A stretch of 64,000 nt of DNA, taken from the NCBI GenBank assembly GCA_963663865.1, contig OY760686.1, positions 2,592,001 through 2,656,000 of the forward strand, in the 5' to 3' direction. The notes beneath the pieces are model-generated. The model made no database searches and was not told the origin of the DNA. It saw nothing but the letters and a program-made list of their open reading frames with translations. Made by a program: the position numbers and the translations under genes. How positions within the stretch are numbered: the first letter of the stretch is position 1; each line of letters begins with the position of its first letter. The DNA comes from Spirochaetota bacterium. Lineage in GTDB: Bacteria > Spirochaetota > UBA4802 > UBA5550. Positions 30,287 through 41,550 of this stretch are shown piece after piece.

Positions 30287-31168
30287 TCATTCAAGCCCGG
30301 CTGCTCCGCCGACTATTTCTGAAATCTCATTTGTAATTTTTGCCTGTCTTACCCGGTTGTACTTAAGAGTAAGCTTTCTTATCATATCATTTGAAGCATC
30401 AGTAGCGTTTTTCATTGATACTCGCCTTGCAAAATTTTCAGAGAATACAGTCTCCAGTAAAAAAGTAAAAATTCTGACTTTTATATACAGCGGCAAAATA
30501 TAAGAAAATATTCTGGCCGGATTCGGCTCAAAGTAGCAGTCAGTGCTCGCTGAGGGTATCGCATCAGCATCAAGATCGACATCAGGTGTGACAGGGAACA
30601 GTTTTACGACAGCAGGCTTTTGTGAGGTAGGTGAAATATACTTTGAATAAACAACGTATATTTCATGAAACTCCCCACTCAGAAAATATCCTTTCAGCTC
30701 ATCTCCAAGCCGAGCCGCATCGTCAAATGCCACAGCATCGTCAGGATTTTCAACCGACTTGAAAACCTCAATGTTTTTGAACGAGTAAAAACTCATCCCC
30801 TTCTTGCCAATCACGTAGGTCGAAACTTCGAGACCTTCCCTCTGCAGCCTGAGCTTCAATTCTGAAGCCTCTCTGAGTATCGCGCTGTTAAAACCGCCGC
30901 AAAGCCCCCGATTGCCGACTATCTCTACGACAAGAGCTCTGGCGGGATTCTGTATAGTACTCAGCAGAGGATCACTGAAATCACGGCCAACTACTCCGAG
31001 CAGATTCATCATAACAGAATTAAGTTTCCCCTCATAAGGCCTTGACTTGTCAATTCTGCCCTGGAGCTTCTTCATCTTTGCGCTGGAAACCATCTCCATC
31101 GTCCCGGTAATCTTGCGGGTATTTTTTATGGAGTTAATTCTATTCTTTATGTCTCGCTGATTTGCCAC
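30287..31168 (-). CDS. atpG: ATP synthase F1 gamma
   Basis: RINSIKNTRKIT, RGLCGGFN, RQAKITNEISEIVGGA. Confidence 0.98.
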   Translation of the reverse strand: MANQRDIKNRINSIKNTRKITGTMEMVSSAKMKKLQGRIDKSRPYEGKLNSVMMNLLGVVGRDFSDPLLSTIQNPARALVVEIVGNRGLCGGFNSAILREASELKLRLQREGLEVSTYVIGKKGMSFYSFKNIEVFKSVENPDDAVAFDDAARLGDELKGYFLSGEFHEIYVVYSKYISPTSQKPAVVKLFPVTPDVDLDADAIPSASTDCYFEPNPARIFSYILPLYIKVRIFTFLLETVFSENFARRVSMKNATDASNDMIRKLTLKYNRVRQAKITNEISEIVGGAAGLE

Positions 31169-31194
31169 GTTTCATTCCTGTTTTACAATATACT

Positions 31195-32706
31195 CTACAG
31201 CCTGCTAAGATATTCGTTCACAAAAGCAGATATGACTTCCTTAAGCTTCTCAGGCTCCTTCAGCTCTCCTGTACCTTCAATCTCTTCGAGAATACCACTG
31301 TTTGTTCTCTCAAGCATATCCAGAAATGCCTTTTCAAAATCCTTGACATTTTCAACAGGAACTTCGTCAAGCAGCCCCTGAGTACCGGCAAATATTATCG
31401 CGACCTGTTTACCGAGTCCCATAGGAACATATTGGCCCTGCTTCAAAATCTCAACAAGCCTCATCCCCCGGTCGAGCTGTCTCTGAGTAACTTCGTCGAG
31501 TTCTGTTCCCATCTGGGCAAAGGCCTCAAGGGCCCGGTACTGCGCCAGGTCAAGACGAAGGGAACCGGCATACTTCTTCATTGCCCTCACCTGAGCATTT
31601 CCGCCTACCCTTGAAACCGATATTCCAACATCCACGGCAGGTCTGATGCCAGATGCAAAGAGATTAGGAAGCAGATAAATCTGTCCGTCAGTAATCGAAA
31701 TTACATTCGTAGGTATGTAAGCAGATACCTCGCCCTCCTGTGTCTCAATAATTGGAAGAGCGGTCAGACTTCCACCCCCAAGCTCATTTGAAAGCTTGGC
31801 TGAACGCTCAAGCAGCCGGGAATGGCAATAGAAGATATCTCCAGGATAGGCTTCCCGTCCAGGCGGCCTTCTCAGGAGAAGAGAAATCTCTCTATACGCG
31901 TTCGCCTGTTTCGTAAGGTCATCGTAAACGCAAAGGGTGTGTCCTCCCTTTTCGTACATAAAGTATTCGGCCATCGCAGTTCCCGCGTACGGAGCAATAT
32001 ACTGAAGCGGCGAGGGGTCAGACGCGTTAGCAGCAACCACTATTGTATAATCCATTGCTTCATATTCGGTAAGTTTCTCCACAACCGAAGCGACAGTAGA
32101 TGCTTTTTGTCCAACTGCAACATATACGCAAATAACGCCCTTGCCTTTTTGATTTATTATTGTATCAATTGCTATTGCAGTTTTTCCTGTTTTCCTGTCT
32201 CCAATTATGAGCTCACGCTGTCCACGCCCGATAGGAGTCATGGAATCAACGGCCTTAACACCTGTCTGTAAAGGCTCTTTAACAGGCTGTCTGTCAGCAA
32301 TTCCAGGCGCGTAAAACTCAACTGGTCTCATATTGTCTGTCTGAATAGGGCCTTTTCCGTCCAATGGCTCACCAAGTGGAGTAACAACACGTCCGAGCAA
32401 AGCATTCCCGACTGGAACAGCAAGAATAGTACCAAGCCTCTTTACATTGTCACCCTCATGAATCGTCGTAAAATCACCAAGTACAGCCGCTCCGATACTG
32501 TCCTCTTCAAGGTTTAGAACCATTCCCTGGGCACCGTTCTCAAACTCAAGCATCTCCCCTGCCATAGCGTTTCTTAATCCGTAAATTCTGGCAGTTCCGT
32601 CAGCAACCTGAATAACGGTGCCGACTTCAGAGACATCCAGGCTGTCCTTAAAGCCTTCTATTTCTTTCCTGAGAATCGATTTTATCTCTTCTGTCTTAAT
32701 CTTCAT
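31195..32706 (-). CDS. atpA: ATP synthase F1 alpha
   Basis: [29 protein letters not shown]. Confidence 0.99.
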   Translation of the reverse strand: MKIKTEEIKSILRKEIEGFKDSLDVSEVGTVIQVADGTARIYGLRNAMAGEMLEFENGAQGMVLNLEEDSIGAAVLGDFTTIHEGDNVKRLGTILAVPVGNALLGRVVTPLGEPLDGKGPIQTDNMRPVEFYAPGIADRQPVKEPLQTGVKAVDSMTPIGRGQRELIIGDRKTGKTAIAIDTIINQKGKGVICVYVAVGQKASTVASVVEKLTEYEAMDYTIVVAANASDPSPLQYIAPYAGTAMAEYFMYEKGGHTLCVYDDLTKQANAYREISLLLRRPPGREAYPGDIFYCHSRLLERSAKLSNELGGGSLTALPIIETQEGEVSAYIPTNVISITDGQIYLLPNLFASGIRPAVDVGISVSRVGGNAQVRAMKKYAGSLRLDLAQYRALEAFAQMGTELDEVTQRQLDRGMRLVEILKQGQYVPMGLGKQVAIIFAGTQGLLDEVPVENVKDFEKAFLDMLERTNSGILEEIEGTGELKEPEKLKEVISAFVNEYLSRL

Positions 32707-33265
32707 AGGTTGCTTCGCTCCTCACCTCACTATTTAACAAACTCTGTCTCATCCTCTTCAAACTGTTAGATAAAGAAGCATCAATAAGGATGTCACCTGA
32801 CTTAATTATAATTCCGCCGATAATATTTTCATCAATCTCCTGGGTAATATCGACTTTTGATTTCCAGATTTTTTCCAGCTGTGCGCCGAGGGACGCAATG
32901 ACTTCATTATTCAGCCTGTCACTCGTTATAAGTCTAACTCTCTTGATACTGTTTTTGTCATCAAGTATGTCGCGCATCGCCGAGTTTATATCAACGATAA
33001 TACCCTGCCTGTCTTTCTCAATTAAGAGAGAAAGAAAATTAACCGTCATAGCAACTGAAGTTTTCCCCAGAGACTTCTCAATAAAGGCTGTCTTGGCTGC
33101 AGAGGAAAAGGAAGGAGACAGCATAAAGTCCCTGAATTCAACAGATTCCTCGAAAAATCCTGAAACTGCGCCTATTTCCTGGAACACCTCATCATGCACC
33201 CCGGCGTTCAGCGCTGCTTCGTATAATGATTCAGCATATACTCTGGCTATATCGTTTGATGCCAC
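32696..33265 (-). CDS. atpH: ATP synthase F1 delta
   Basis: [20 protein letters not shown]...DASL. Confidence 0.95.
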   Translation of the reverse strand: MASNDIARVYAESLYEAALNAGVHDEVFQEIGAVSGFFEESVEFRDFMLSPSFSSAAKTAFIEKSLGKTSVAMTVNFLSLLIEKDRQGIIVDINSAMRDILDDKNSIKRVRLITSDRLNNEVIASLGAQLEKIWKSKVDITQEIDENIIGGIIIKSGDILIDASLSNSLKRMRQSLLNSEVRSEATYED

Positions 33266-33295
33266 ATTACTTTCCTGATATTGATATTAAACTCA

Positions 33296-33808
33296 TTACT
33301 GTCGAAAGGCGCCAATCTTACTCACCGCCTCTTCAACCAGTCCCTTCTGGTCATCAGGATTCAGGTTTTTCCGAATTATCCTCGAAGCAACCTCAGTTGA
33401 AATAACCACGATGTCCTTTCGTATTTCCTGAAGAGCGTTTTCTTTGGCAATTTGGAGCTCCCGCTTTACTTTTTCAGAAAGCGCACGCGACTCCGCTCCG
33501 GCTTTTTCAAGGATTTCTGCCTTAATCCTTTCCGCCTCTTCCCGTGCACGCGAAATAATCGCGTCAGCTTCCCCTTTAGCGGCTCCAAGAATTGCATTGT
33601 TATCCTCAAGCACTTTCTCTGCTTTCTGCCTTGTTCTATCAGCAGTCTCTATGTCGTTTCTGACCTTCTCCGCCCTCGAATCCAGTGCCCTCACTATGGG
33701 CTTCCAGGCTGCCTTCCAGAGAATGAGGAGAAGGACCGCAAACGTTATTACTGTCCAGAGAAGCAGCCCCGGATCGACTTTAAGCAGTCCCTCTTTTATC
33801 GCATCCAT
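33296..33808 (-). CDS. atpF: ATP synthase F0 subunit b
   Basis: DPGLLLWTVITF...AWKPI TM plus coiled coil. Confidence 0.95.
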   Translation of the reverse strand: MDAIKEGLLKVDPGLLLWTVITFAVLLLILWKAAWKPIVRALDSRAEKVRNDIETADRTRQKAEKVLEDNNAILGAAKGEADAIISRAREEAERIKAEILEKAGAESRALSEKVKRELQIAKENALQEIRKDIVVISTEVASRIIRKNLNPDDQKGLVEEAVSKIGAFRQ

Positions 33809-33833
33809 TTATTTAACCCGCTAATCCCCGGCC

Positions 33834-34124
33834 TTATTGCTGGGCCTGTGCTTCAGTTTGCTGCTGAGGCTGGACAGGAGCTGCAGCAGGTTCTGGCGAC
33901 TTGGTAGCGAGCATAAACGTAATAACTAGCGCAAAAAAAGTGAAACCCTCAATAAGCGCCGCTGCAATAATCATTGAGGTTCTCAAATCACCGCTCATTT
34001 CCGGCTGCCTTGCCATTCCTTCGATAGCTCCTGACGCTAAACGCCCGATTCCAAGTGCGGCACCGAAAACCACAAGACCAGCTCCAAGACCGGCTCCAAG
34101 ATACGCAAAACCTAAATATTCCAT
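33834..34124 (-). CDS. atpE: ATP synthase F0 subunit c (proton type) with P/A/Q-rich tail
   Basis: ARQPE loop, ALIEG carboxylate. Confidence 0.97.
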   Translation of the reverse strand: MEYLGFAYLGAGLGAGLVVFGAALGIGRLASGAIEGMARQPEMSGDLRTSMIIAAALIEGFTFFALVITFMLATKSPEPAAAPVQPQQQTEAQAQQ

Positions 34125-34176
34125 CCTTTTCCTCCTGATAACTTATATGCTTTAATATTCACTAATAAACTCAAAA

Positions 34177-35043
34177 TTAATGCGAATGCATTGACTCTCC
34201 AATAAACATAGCCGAAAGCGCTGTAAAAATATAAGCCTGAATAAATCCTACCAGCAGTTCGAGAAGATAAATCATAAGCGCACCCGCCACTGAACCTATA
34301 CCAACAAAATAGCTCTGAAACATCATTACAAGATATAGAAAAATAATGATTACTATATGGCCTGCCGTCATATTTGCGAAAAGTCGCACAGTAAGTGAAA
34401 ACGGCTTTATGACAAGACTCATGAGCTCAATCACCCAGAGTAATGGAAACAGGGGCGCCGGAATTCCCCCGGGCACAATGCCCCGCACTATCCACAGCGG
34501 ACCGTTTTTAACGAAACCAACAACGATAATGCCTAAAAGCGTAAAAAGAGCAAGCCCACCGGTAACAGCAAGGTTACCGGTCGCCGTTGCCGATCCGGGC
34601 AGCAGACCCAATAGATTTGCGAAAAGAATAAAAAAGAAAACCGTACAAAAATACGGCATAGCCTTACGTCTCACCGGCCCATGGAAATTCGGCTCAACTA
34701 TTTCATCATGAATATAAGAGATAAGAACCTCCCACATATTCACCCATCTTGACCGTGACCCCATGGAGTCGCGCTTGATCTTTCTTGAGAGAGGCACAAA
34801 TATGACCACACAAAGAAGCGCTGCAATCCAGAGCATTACAACCCACTTGGTTATGCGCATGTCGAATATTCCAAAGAGCTTCTCTGAAAGATACTTCTCA
34901 TTTATAGCTCCGATGAAACCGCCCGTCAGAACGTGGTCTGTGAGGTGATGCATAACCACATCATATATGGATTCACCGCCCTCACCGGATGAGCTCGCGG
35001 TTGAGGTAATAAAACCCGATATTCTGTTCAGAAAAAGCACCAT
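34177..35043 (-). CDS. atpB: ATP synthase F0 subunit a
   Basis: SLTVRLFANMTAGH, ELLVGFIQAYIFT. Confidence 0.97.
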   Translation of the reverse strand: MVLFLNRISGFITSTASSSGEGGESIYDVVMHHLTDHVLTGGFIGAINEKYLSEKLFGIFDMRITKWVVMLWIAALLCVVIFVPLSRKIKRDSMGSRSRWVNMWEVLISYIHDEIVEPNFHGPVRRKAMPYFCTVFFFILFANLLGLLPGSATATGNLAVTGGLALFTLLGIIVVGFVKNGPLWIVRGIVPGGIPAPLFPLLWVIELMSLVIKPFSLTVRLFANMTAGHIVIIIFLYLVMMFQSYFVGIGSVAGALMIYLLELLVGFIQAYIFTALSAMFIGESMHSH

Positions 35044-35161
35044 CTGATACCCCGATAATCAAGACGCGAATTATAAAAAACGCTATACCTAAATCTCAAA
35101 AAATTAACTAATCAAACAATTATAATCCTGATATTTTATGTAAATACTTTTTTAAAAAAAA

Positions 35162-35428
35162 TTAAAGCCATTTCGTTCTGTCCTTATCCAGGTCTTCACG
35201 CACATCCCCGCTGCTCTTTTTTGGCGGCAGTAGACGCTTAAGCAGGTTATAAAAACCGAGCACCACACCAACAAAGGCCCCAACCGCAACAAATAGAGGA
35301 CTACTCCCCTTTACTGAATCGAGATAATATCCTCCATAAACAAAGATAAGAACCGTTACTGCAAGCTGCAACCCTACAGAAATATACCTCATCCCCTCGC
35401 CCGGAGAAGAACCGTGCCCGTTCTTCAT
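35162..35428 (-). CDS. AtpZ/AtpI-family small membrane protein (ATPase gene 1)
   Basis: GLQLAVTV...GGYYLD...SSPLF two-TM pattern; first gene of the atp operon. Confidence 0.85.
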   Translation of the reverse strand: MKNGHGSSPGEGMRYISVGLQLAVTVLIFVYGGYYLDSVKGSSPLFVAVGAFVGVVLGFYNLLKRLLPPKKSSGDVREDLDKDRTKWL

Positions 35429-35492
35429 AAAACACCTCTTGAGCATTATAAACCGGTTCGCCTGTCTTTGTCAAGACTCAATGTAATTTTAA

Positions 35493-35520
35493 TCAAACAC
35501 TTCCAGCCTATTGCCGATAC
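35493..35520 (+). promoter_or_regulatory. Putative sigma28 promoter upstream of the HicB-like gene
   Basis: TCAA-N16-GCCGATAC. Confidence 0.5.
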
Positions 35521-35577
35521 TTAAAACGTCAGACAATGATTTTATGACGCCTCCAATACATCGACCAGGAAGCAGGA

Positions 35578-35829
35578 ATGAAAGTATCTATCAATATTAT
35601 TGAACAGGGAAACGAATTTATAGCCAATTGTCCCGAGCTCGACATAAACTGCTACGGCCAGAACAAAAATGAAGCGGTTAGAAGAATACAAAACGTCATC
35701 AGATTCTATGTCGATTCCGCACGCGAACTTGGGCTTGAAATTGAGGATTTGAACGAAATAAAAATCGAAGGAGAAAGTCTTTTCAAGCCTGACAGAACAT
35801 CAAACCAGGCAACTTTCGTCATTAATTAA
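35578..35829 (+). CDS. Stand-alone HicB-like protein
   Basis: FIANCPELDINCYGQNKNEAVRRIQNVI matches the HicB N-terminal fold pattern; no hicA neighbour. Confidence 0.75.
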   Translation: MKVSINIIEQGNEFIANCPELDINCYGQNKNEAVRRIQNVIRFYVDSARELGLEIEDLNEIKIEGESLFKPDRTSNQATFVIN

Positions 35830-35857
35830 AAAAGCCGGAGTCATAAACCCCGGCTTT
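35828..35857. terminator. Bidirectional terminator between convergent genes
   Basis: AAAAAAGCCGGAG...CCCCGGCTTT. Confidence 0.75.
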
Positions 35858-35902
35858 ATAATCTTTTCAGCTGTTTCTTAATACGAACTGGATAAACTTG
35901 CT

Positions 35903-37351
35903 TTATTTCTTTGTGTCTGCTTTTTTAGGGCGCTTATTCTCTTTCTTTTCCTTCTTTTCATCCTTAACAAGATACTTCTCGTTTATTGAGAATTTATACT
36001 TTTTCAACATAGCATCTTCCCAATCTGTTCTCTTTTTCATTCTTGTTTTGGATATAAGCGAGTCGGAAAGCTGTGCTTTCATATCAGCATAAGACTTGAT
36101 AGGAGTTTTCAACTTGGGATCTGTAACTCTTTTCTGCGTATTTTTCATTCTCTCAACGTAAGTATTGTACTCGTCTCGAATGTCTTTTTCGGTAATATTG
36201 ACGCCGCCCATAACTGCATCGTTTCTGTACGCAGCGTAGACAGCAGTGTTTTTGAACGACTCCCATCTATCCAGATACTTCTTGTCTTTATCCATACCCT
36301 TCTTCAGAGCTTCACGTGACATGTATCTTTCATAGAATAACCTGTCGGCAAACTGCCTTTTCATCTGTGTTGTCCGCTGCTCAGGCTTATTGACTACAGA
36401 GGTAGGCTTGGCTTTTTCAAGATAATCAATGAGCTTGTTAAAATCCCCAACTGTCAGCTTGAAATCACCTACAGAAAAGAGCAGATCTGCAGCTTTATTG
36501 AAGTTAGCCGTTTTAACATTATTTACAAGATCCTTGGAGTTTCTCAGATCTTCCATGTATTTTGAAATTGCAGCAGTCTGCAGTCTTGTTTTAAACCTTG
36601 CTGCCTGCTTTTCATCATCGAAAGAACCATCTATATTTTTATCAGTCAGGTTCTTCTTCTCTTTAAGCTTCACTATATAGTAACCAGTAGCAACCTTTAC
36701 CGGCTCCTTCGTGTACTCGCCTTTTTTTAGAGCATTTGCAGCGTCAAATACTTCCTGCTCTCTCATCCCTTTGATGATAAAGCCAATTTCTCCGCCCTTT
36801 TTTGCTGTGTAGTCGTCTGAGTTTTTCTTGGCCACTTCTTTGAAATCAGCCCCGCCTGCGAGCTCTCCGAGAATTTTGTTAACCTTTTCAAGCTTCTCGC
36901 TGAAAGCCTTTTTCAACTCAGCATCGGAAAGCTTAACTCTTTTGCCTTTTACAATCTTGTAGTTATCAACCTTTACTTTAATGAGGTCAATATCTACAGC
37001 CGGCTCATCGTAAGTTAGAATATCTTTAAGGTTTTTCCTGTAGTATTCAGCCAGGAGACTGAGCTTGACATAGGAAAGATAGGTTTTAAAACCTTCTGTT
37101 GATGTGAATCCGGTCTTATCAGCTTCCATAATTCCGATTTTTTCAAGCATCATTTCATTGATTCTGTTTATCTGAGATTGAGCTGTTCTGAATACGAGTT
37201 TTTCTGAAAGGCCGCGGCTTGAATACCAATCTTCGAATTCTCCGCGTGTTATCTTTCCACCGTCATATGTTGCCATCACATCGCTGTCCATCTTACAGCC
37301 GATGCCCGCAACTAACAGCGCTGCTGCTAGAACCGACAAATACTTCTTCAT
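35903..37351 (-). CDS. Parvulin (PpiC) peptidyl-prolyl isomerase lipoprotein, PrsA/SurA-like
   Basis: Lipobox AGIGC; FKEVAKKNSDD...KGGEIGF...PVKVATGYYIVK. Confidence 0.88.
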   Translation of the reverse strand: MKKYLSVLAAALLVAGIGCKMDSDVMATYDGGKITRGEFEDWYSSRGLSEKLVFRTAQSQINRINEMMLEKIGIMEADKTGFTSTEGFKTYLSYVKLSLLAEYYRKNLKDILTYDEPAVDIDLIKVKVDNYKIVKGKRVKLSDAELKKAFSEKLEKVNKILGELAGGADFKEVAKKNSDDYTAKKGGEIGFIIKGMREQEVFDAANALKKGEYTKEPVKVATGYYIVKLKEKKNLTDKNIDGSFDDEKQAARFKTRLQTAAISKYMEDLRNSKDLVNNVKTANFNKAADLLFSVGDFKLTVGDFNKLIDYLEKAKPTSVVNKPEQRTTQMKRQFADRLFYERYMSREALKKGMDKDKKYLDRWESFKNTAVYAAYRNDAVMGGVNITEKDIRDEYNTYVERMKNTQKRVTDPKLKTPIKSYADMKAQLSDSLISKTRMKKRTDWEDAMLKKYKFSINEKYLVKDEKKEKKENKRPKKADTKK

Positions 37352-37507
37352 TACTTACTCCTTGATAGTGAAGGTTTTTTTAGCTGGTATCCCTTGCTAC
37401 GGGTATGACATAAAAATGTCAATTTGAATTTATATATAACCCGAAATTTGAGGACCGCTATGTTGGATTAATCTGAGTTACAGGGTGATGAATATGTTAC
37501 AAAAAAA

Positions 37508-38617
37508 TCATATCTGAGCTCTAACTGACAGCTGAGCGTTGATATCGCTTCCATTAGTCAGGTCAACCGCGGATTCAAAAACAATCCTGACTACAATTGC
37601 ATCCAATTCAATCCCGAGGATATAGTACGGTTTTATGATGCCCGGACTGTATCGGTGTGTGGACAGCCCCTGAATACTGTCTACGGGATTATTGGTTACG
37701 GAAAGAAACTCTCCGGAAGTCGTCACAACGTCGCCTTCAGCATTGAGCTCAAGATTAAGTCCCCCGTAACTGAAAGCCAGGCCAAATCCTGTGTAGGCGT
37801 TAAAAATACCGAGAAATTCTCCATACACAAGCGTCTGAGCGCTTATTGAGGTGAGAAACCATTTGAAATAGGCCGAATAAGTCGATTCGAAATCCAGCGG
37901 AAGAGCTACTTCGCTACCGGCGGCATCTACATGAGCGGTATAAGAATACGTGTACTGGCCTGAAAACTTAATATTACCGTACATGACATCACCCCCCGCT
38001 GAAAGAGTCAACCCGCCAAAATTAAATATTCCGGGAAGAAAAGTCTTCCTTTTTAGTGCAGCATACCTCAGTCTACCGCCAAAGGAGTAAATGTTAAAGC
38101 TCTCCAGCTTGACCTCATCCCTGTCAACAGGGGGACGGTACATTCCAGTGCTGAAGGCAAAAGCCTTACCGATGAGGTCCAGATTAGAACTGAGGCCTAT
38201 ACCGAAGCTCACAGCGGGATTTACTGCAAAAGCCGGATATTCGCCCTGCTCAGACTCATACTGGTCGTCAAAGAATCTCATATTAGACATCCCGCCGGTC
38301 ACGCCGGCTGACAGGAACAGCCTGCCTGGACCGCCGAGGTTGGAGTCTCCGACAGCGTAACCTCCAAGGTTGGCAAGCGCATAGGCATTAGCCATTGCCG
38401 GACCGTAGTCAGCACAAAGCGACTCGAACTCGGCCACAGTCTCCTGAATTCCAAGATCTGTCAGATTCCCGTATCCGCTTGAGGTTATCTCTGTCTTCGC
38501 GGCAGCATCTAAGGCAGCACATATTATCAATATTGCCGCTGCAGCTGTCACGCGAAAACGTTTTTTTATTGGACTTTCCGCCATAATATGATTTTCGTCA
38601 GGAGCAGGAAATAACAT
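37508..38617 (-). CDS. Outer-membrane beta-rich protein, Lsa36-like spirochaete family
   Basis: Signal peptide, AMANAYALAN helix followed by amphipathic beta-strands; start uncertain. Confidence 0.55.
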   Translation of the reverse strand: MLFPAPDENHIMAESPIKKRFRVTAAAAILIICAALDAAAKTEITSSGYGNLTDLGIQETVAEFESLCADYGPAMANAYALANLGGYAVGDSNLGGPGRLFLSAGVTGGMSNMRFFDDQYESEQGEYPAFAVNPAVSFGIGLSSNLDLIGKAFAFSTGMYRPPVDRDEVKLESFNIYSFGGRLRYAALKRKTFLPGIFNFGGLTLSAGGDVMYGNIKFSGQYTYSYTAHVDAAGSEVALPLDFESTYSAYFKWFLTSISAQTLVYGEFLGIFNAYTGFGLAFSYGGLNLELNAEGDVVTTSGEFLSVTNNPVDSIQGLSTHRYSPGIIKPYYILGIELDAIVVRIVFESAVDLTNGSDINAQLSVRAQI

Positions 38618-38630
38618 TAAAGAATATGGA

Positions 38631-39413
38631 TTATCCTTCGATATTCATTTCTATTTGCGCATATGCTGAATGATTATGTATTGATTCCATGTTCTCGGAT
38701 TCAACTGAAAAACTCACAATTCCCTTCAGTTTTCTCAGCTCAACCGCCGCGTTTCTTACAATGTCTTCAACAAAAACCGGATTTTCATAAGATTTTTCAG
38801 TGATATACTTCTCATCTTCCCGTTTGAGTATTGAATATATCTCAGAGCTGCCTGATTTTTCAGCTATTGAGACAACGTCCTCAATCCATATACGCTCCTT
38901 TGCCTGGATAGTCACGGAAAGATAGGACCTCTGATTATGGGCTCCATAGCTTGATATTTCTTTGGAGCATGGACATAGTGAAAGCACTGGCACCCTCACA
39001 GTAAGAGCATAGTAATCGTGGTCGGAGTTTGCTGTAAGTCTGCACTGGTACTCCATTTTGGCTTTTTCCCCGGACACCGGGGCTTCCTTAGTCATAAAGA
39101 ACGGAAATTCTATCTCGAAATGCGCTGTTTCTGCGGCAAGCTCCAGCTTCATATCAGCCAATATGCTTTTAATGTTCAGTGTACTGATCCCTTTTCTATA
39201 ACGGTTAAGAATCTCTATAAAACGGCTCATATGCGTCCCTCTGAAATGATGAGGGAGGTTAACATACATATTAACCTTTGCTACTGTGTGCTGTTCCCCG
39301 TCCGCCCTGTCCAGCACAACAACAGGATATGAAATATCCTTTACTCCTACTTTATTAATCGCCAAATTCCTGTGGTCAGGTTCTGACTGAATATCTCTGA
39401 GTTTTTTTTTCAT
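38631..39413 (-). CDS. folE2: GTP cyclohydrolase IB
   Basis: GTHMSRF, LCPCSKEIS, AHNQRS, NPVFVED, ESIHNH. Confidence 0.97.
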   Translation of the reverse strand: MKKKLRDIQSEPDHRNLAINKVGVKDISYPVVVLDRADGEQHTVAKVNMYVNLPHHFRGTHMSRFIEILNRYRKGISTLNIKSILADMKLELAAETAHFEIEFPFFMTKEAPVSGEKAKMEYQCRLTANSDHDYYALTVRVPVLSLCPCSKEISSYGAHNQRSYLSVTIQAKERIWIEDVVSIAEKSGSSEIYSILKREDEKYITEKSYENPVFVEDIVRNAAVELRKLKGIVSFSVESENMESIHNHSAYAQIEMNIEG

Positions 39414-40195
39414 TATTTCACCGATCCCCCGGCCTCAAGCTTTGTTAAAATCAGCGGGCCGTTTTCCGTAACTGCAACAGTATGCTCATACTGTACAGCC
39501 GTTGAACCGTCTTCAGTCTCAATCTCCCATATGTCATCATTTTTTTTAAGAGCCGCCACTCCAGAGGTCAAAATAGGCTCAATAGCGAGGACAAGTCCGG
39601 GCCTCATCTCAATATCCTGCCCGCTATTTCTGTAAGAAGGCACTGCAGGCGGTTCGTGCAATGCAAAGCCGACACCATGTCCGGTCAGATTACGAATAAC
39701 GCTAAATCCTCCGGATTCCGCTTCATCTTCAATAGCGTTTCCTATGTCGGATATTCTGTTGCCCGGAAGCAGCACTGATACTGCACGATTAAGGGCCTTC
39801 TCACAGCAACAGGCCAGATCAAGTGTGCGTTGTTCAGCGCCATCCACAATAAAGGTTCTGCAGGAATCACTGAAATATCCGTTCAGGGATATGCCTATAT
39901 CCACCTTGACTGCATCCCCTCTCTTGATTGTACGCTTTTTGGATGGAACGCCGTGAACAGCCACTTCATTTATTGAAATACAGCTTGCAAATCCGTAATC
40001 CCTTAATGTCTTGAAGGCGGCCCTTGCTCCCAGTCTCACAATCTGTTCATCTATCAGGGAATCAAGCTCCCAGGTTGTCATACCTGCAAGGTCAATCCGT
40101 GAGAGGCTTTCAAAAACCCGGGCTGATACGCGTCCCGCCTCACGGATGCGCATTATCTCGTCCTTCGTCTTCAGCCTTATTCCCGAAGCTTTCAC
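39413..40195 (-). CDS. map: Methionine aminopeptidase type I
   Basis: CISINEVAVHGVP, GHGVGFALHE, AIEP, QYEHT. Confidence 0.96.
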   Translation of the reverse strand: MKASGIRLKTKDEIMRIREAGRVSARVFESLSRIDLAGMTTWELDSLIDEQIVRLGARAAFKTLRDYGFASCISINEVAVHGVPSKKRTIKRGDAVKVDIGISLNGYFSDSCRTFIVDGAEQRTLDLACCCEKALNRAVSVLLPGNRISDIGNAIEDEAESGGFSVIRNLTGHGVGFALHEPPAVPSYRNSGQDIEMRPGLVLAIEPILTSGVAALKKNDDIWEIETEDGSTAVQYEHTVAVTENGPLILTKLEAGGSVK

Positions 40196-40213
40196 GCGCA
40201 GACACTGAAGCTA

Positions 40214-41302
40214 CTAATTTTCCGCTTCAGCCGATACCTCCGCGGTTTTCTTTGGCGTTTTAGCGTTTGCCTGTCCATCGGGCTTTTCTTCTTCTTTTAC
40301 AAGGCCGGTGGCAATTTTCACCTGTCTCTCGACAGTCTCCGCTATTTTCGGATTTTCCCTGAGATAGTTTTTCGCGTTTTCCCGCCCCTGGCCTATCCGC
40401 TCCTCACCATAGGAGTACCAGGTTCCCGCCTTCTTAATGATATCGAACTGCACGCCAAGATCAAGCACTCCGCCTTCCCTTGATATTCCAGAGTTGAACA
40501 ATATGTCAAATTCAGCCTGCCTGAATGGCGGCGCTACCTTGTTTTTTACAACCTTTACCCTGACTCTGTTTCCGATAGCTTCGTCTCCGTTTTTAAGCGT
40601 CTCAATCCTGCGGATGTCAAGCCTCACAGAGGAATAAAACTTCAGGGCGTTGCCGCCAGTTGTTGTTTCAGGAGAGCCGAACATAACACCGATCTTGTAT
40701 CTGATCTGGTTAATGAAAACAACGGATGTTTTTGATTTCGCTATCACGCCGGTAAGCTTTCTAAGAGCCTGACTCATCAGCCTTGCCTGAAGTCCCATGT
40801 GAGCATCACCCATATCACCGTCAATCTCGGCCTTTGGAACAAGCGCGGCTACTGAATCGACTACGATTATATCAACAGCCCCTGACCTTACAAGGGCCTC
40901 TGTGATTTCAAGCGCCTCTTCACCAGTGTCGGGCTGGGATACGAGCAGATCATCAGTCTTAACCCCGAGTTTCGCGGCATACTGAGGATCAAGAGCGTGT
41001 TCTGCATCAACAAATGCAGCGACTCCGCCCTTCATCTGAGCCTGGGCAACCGCATGAAGCGTAAGAGTAGTCTTTCCTGATGATTCAGGGCCGTAAATTT
41101 CAATCACCCTGCCCCTTGGCAGTCCTCCGATTCCAAGAGCTACGTCCAGTTCGAGAGATCCTGTGGATATTGACGGAATCTGGACCTTAGACGACTCATC
41201 CCCGAGCCTCATGATTGATCCCTTTCCGAACTGTTTTTCAATCTGCATTATAGCCGAATCAAGCGCCTGTGTCTTCTGATTCAGCTCCTTCTGGTCTGCC
41301 AT
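40214..41302 (-). CDS. recA: Recombinase A
   Basis: [31 protein letters not shown]. Confidence 0.99.
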   Translation of the reverse strand: MADQKELNQKTQALDSAIMQIEKQFGKGSIMRLGDESSKVQIPSISTGSLELDVALGIGGLPRGRVIEIYGPESSGKTTLTLHAVAQAQMKGGVAAFVDAEHALDPQYAAKLGVKTDDLLVSQPDTGEEALEITEALVRSGAVDIIVVDSVAALVPKAEIDGDMGDAHMGLQARLMSQALRKLTGVIAKSKTSVVFINQIRYKIGVMFGSPETTTGGNALKFYSSVRLDIRRIETLKNGDEAIGNRVRVKVVKNKVAPPFRQAEFDILFNSGISREGGVLDLGVQFDIIKKAGTWYSYGEERIGQGRENAKNYLRENPKIAETVERQVKIATGLVKEEEKPDGQANAKTPKKTAEVSAEAEN

Positions 41303-41550
41303 TACATAACTCCTTGTGTTAATAATTATATTCTAAGTCCGTATTTCAGATAAACGTTTCATGCCAGCGAGCTGTTAAATCTTATGTCTCATTCAAACTC
41401 ATTTTTTCCATACTTTACTTGCCGACAATCAGAGAAACAGCTATTTATGGAAATTACACTTTTTAATATTGATATTTTTCAATCTTACAGCAAAAAAGCA
41501 AGTGTTATTTAAGACCTATTTTAGATGTAGCCTGGCCTGAAATTATCTGA

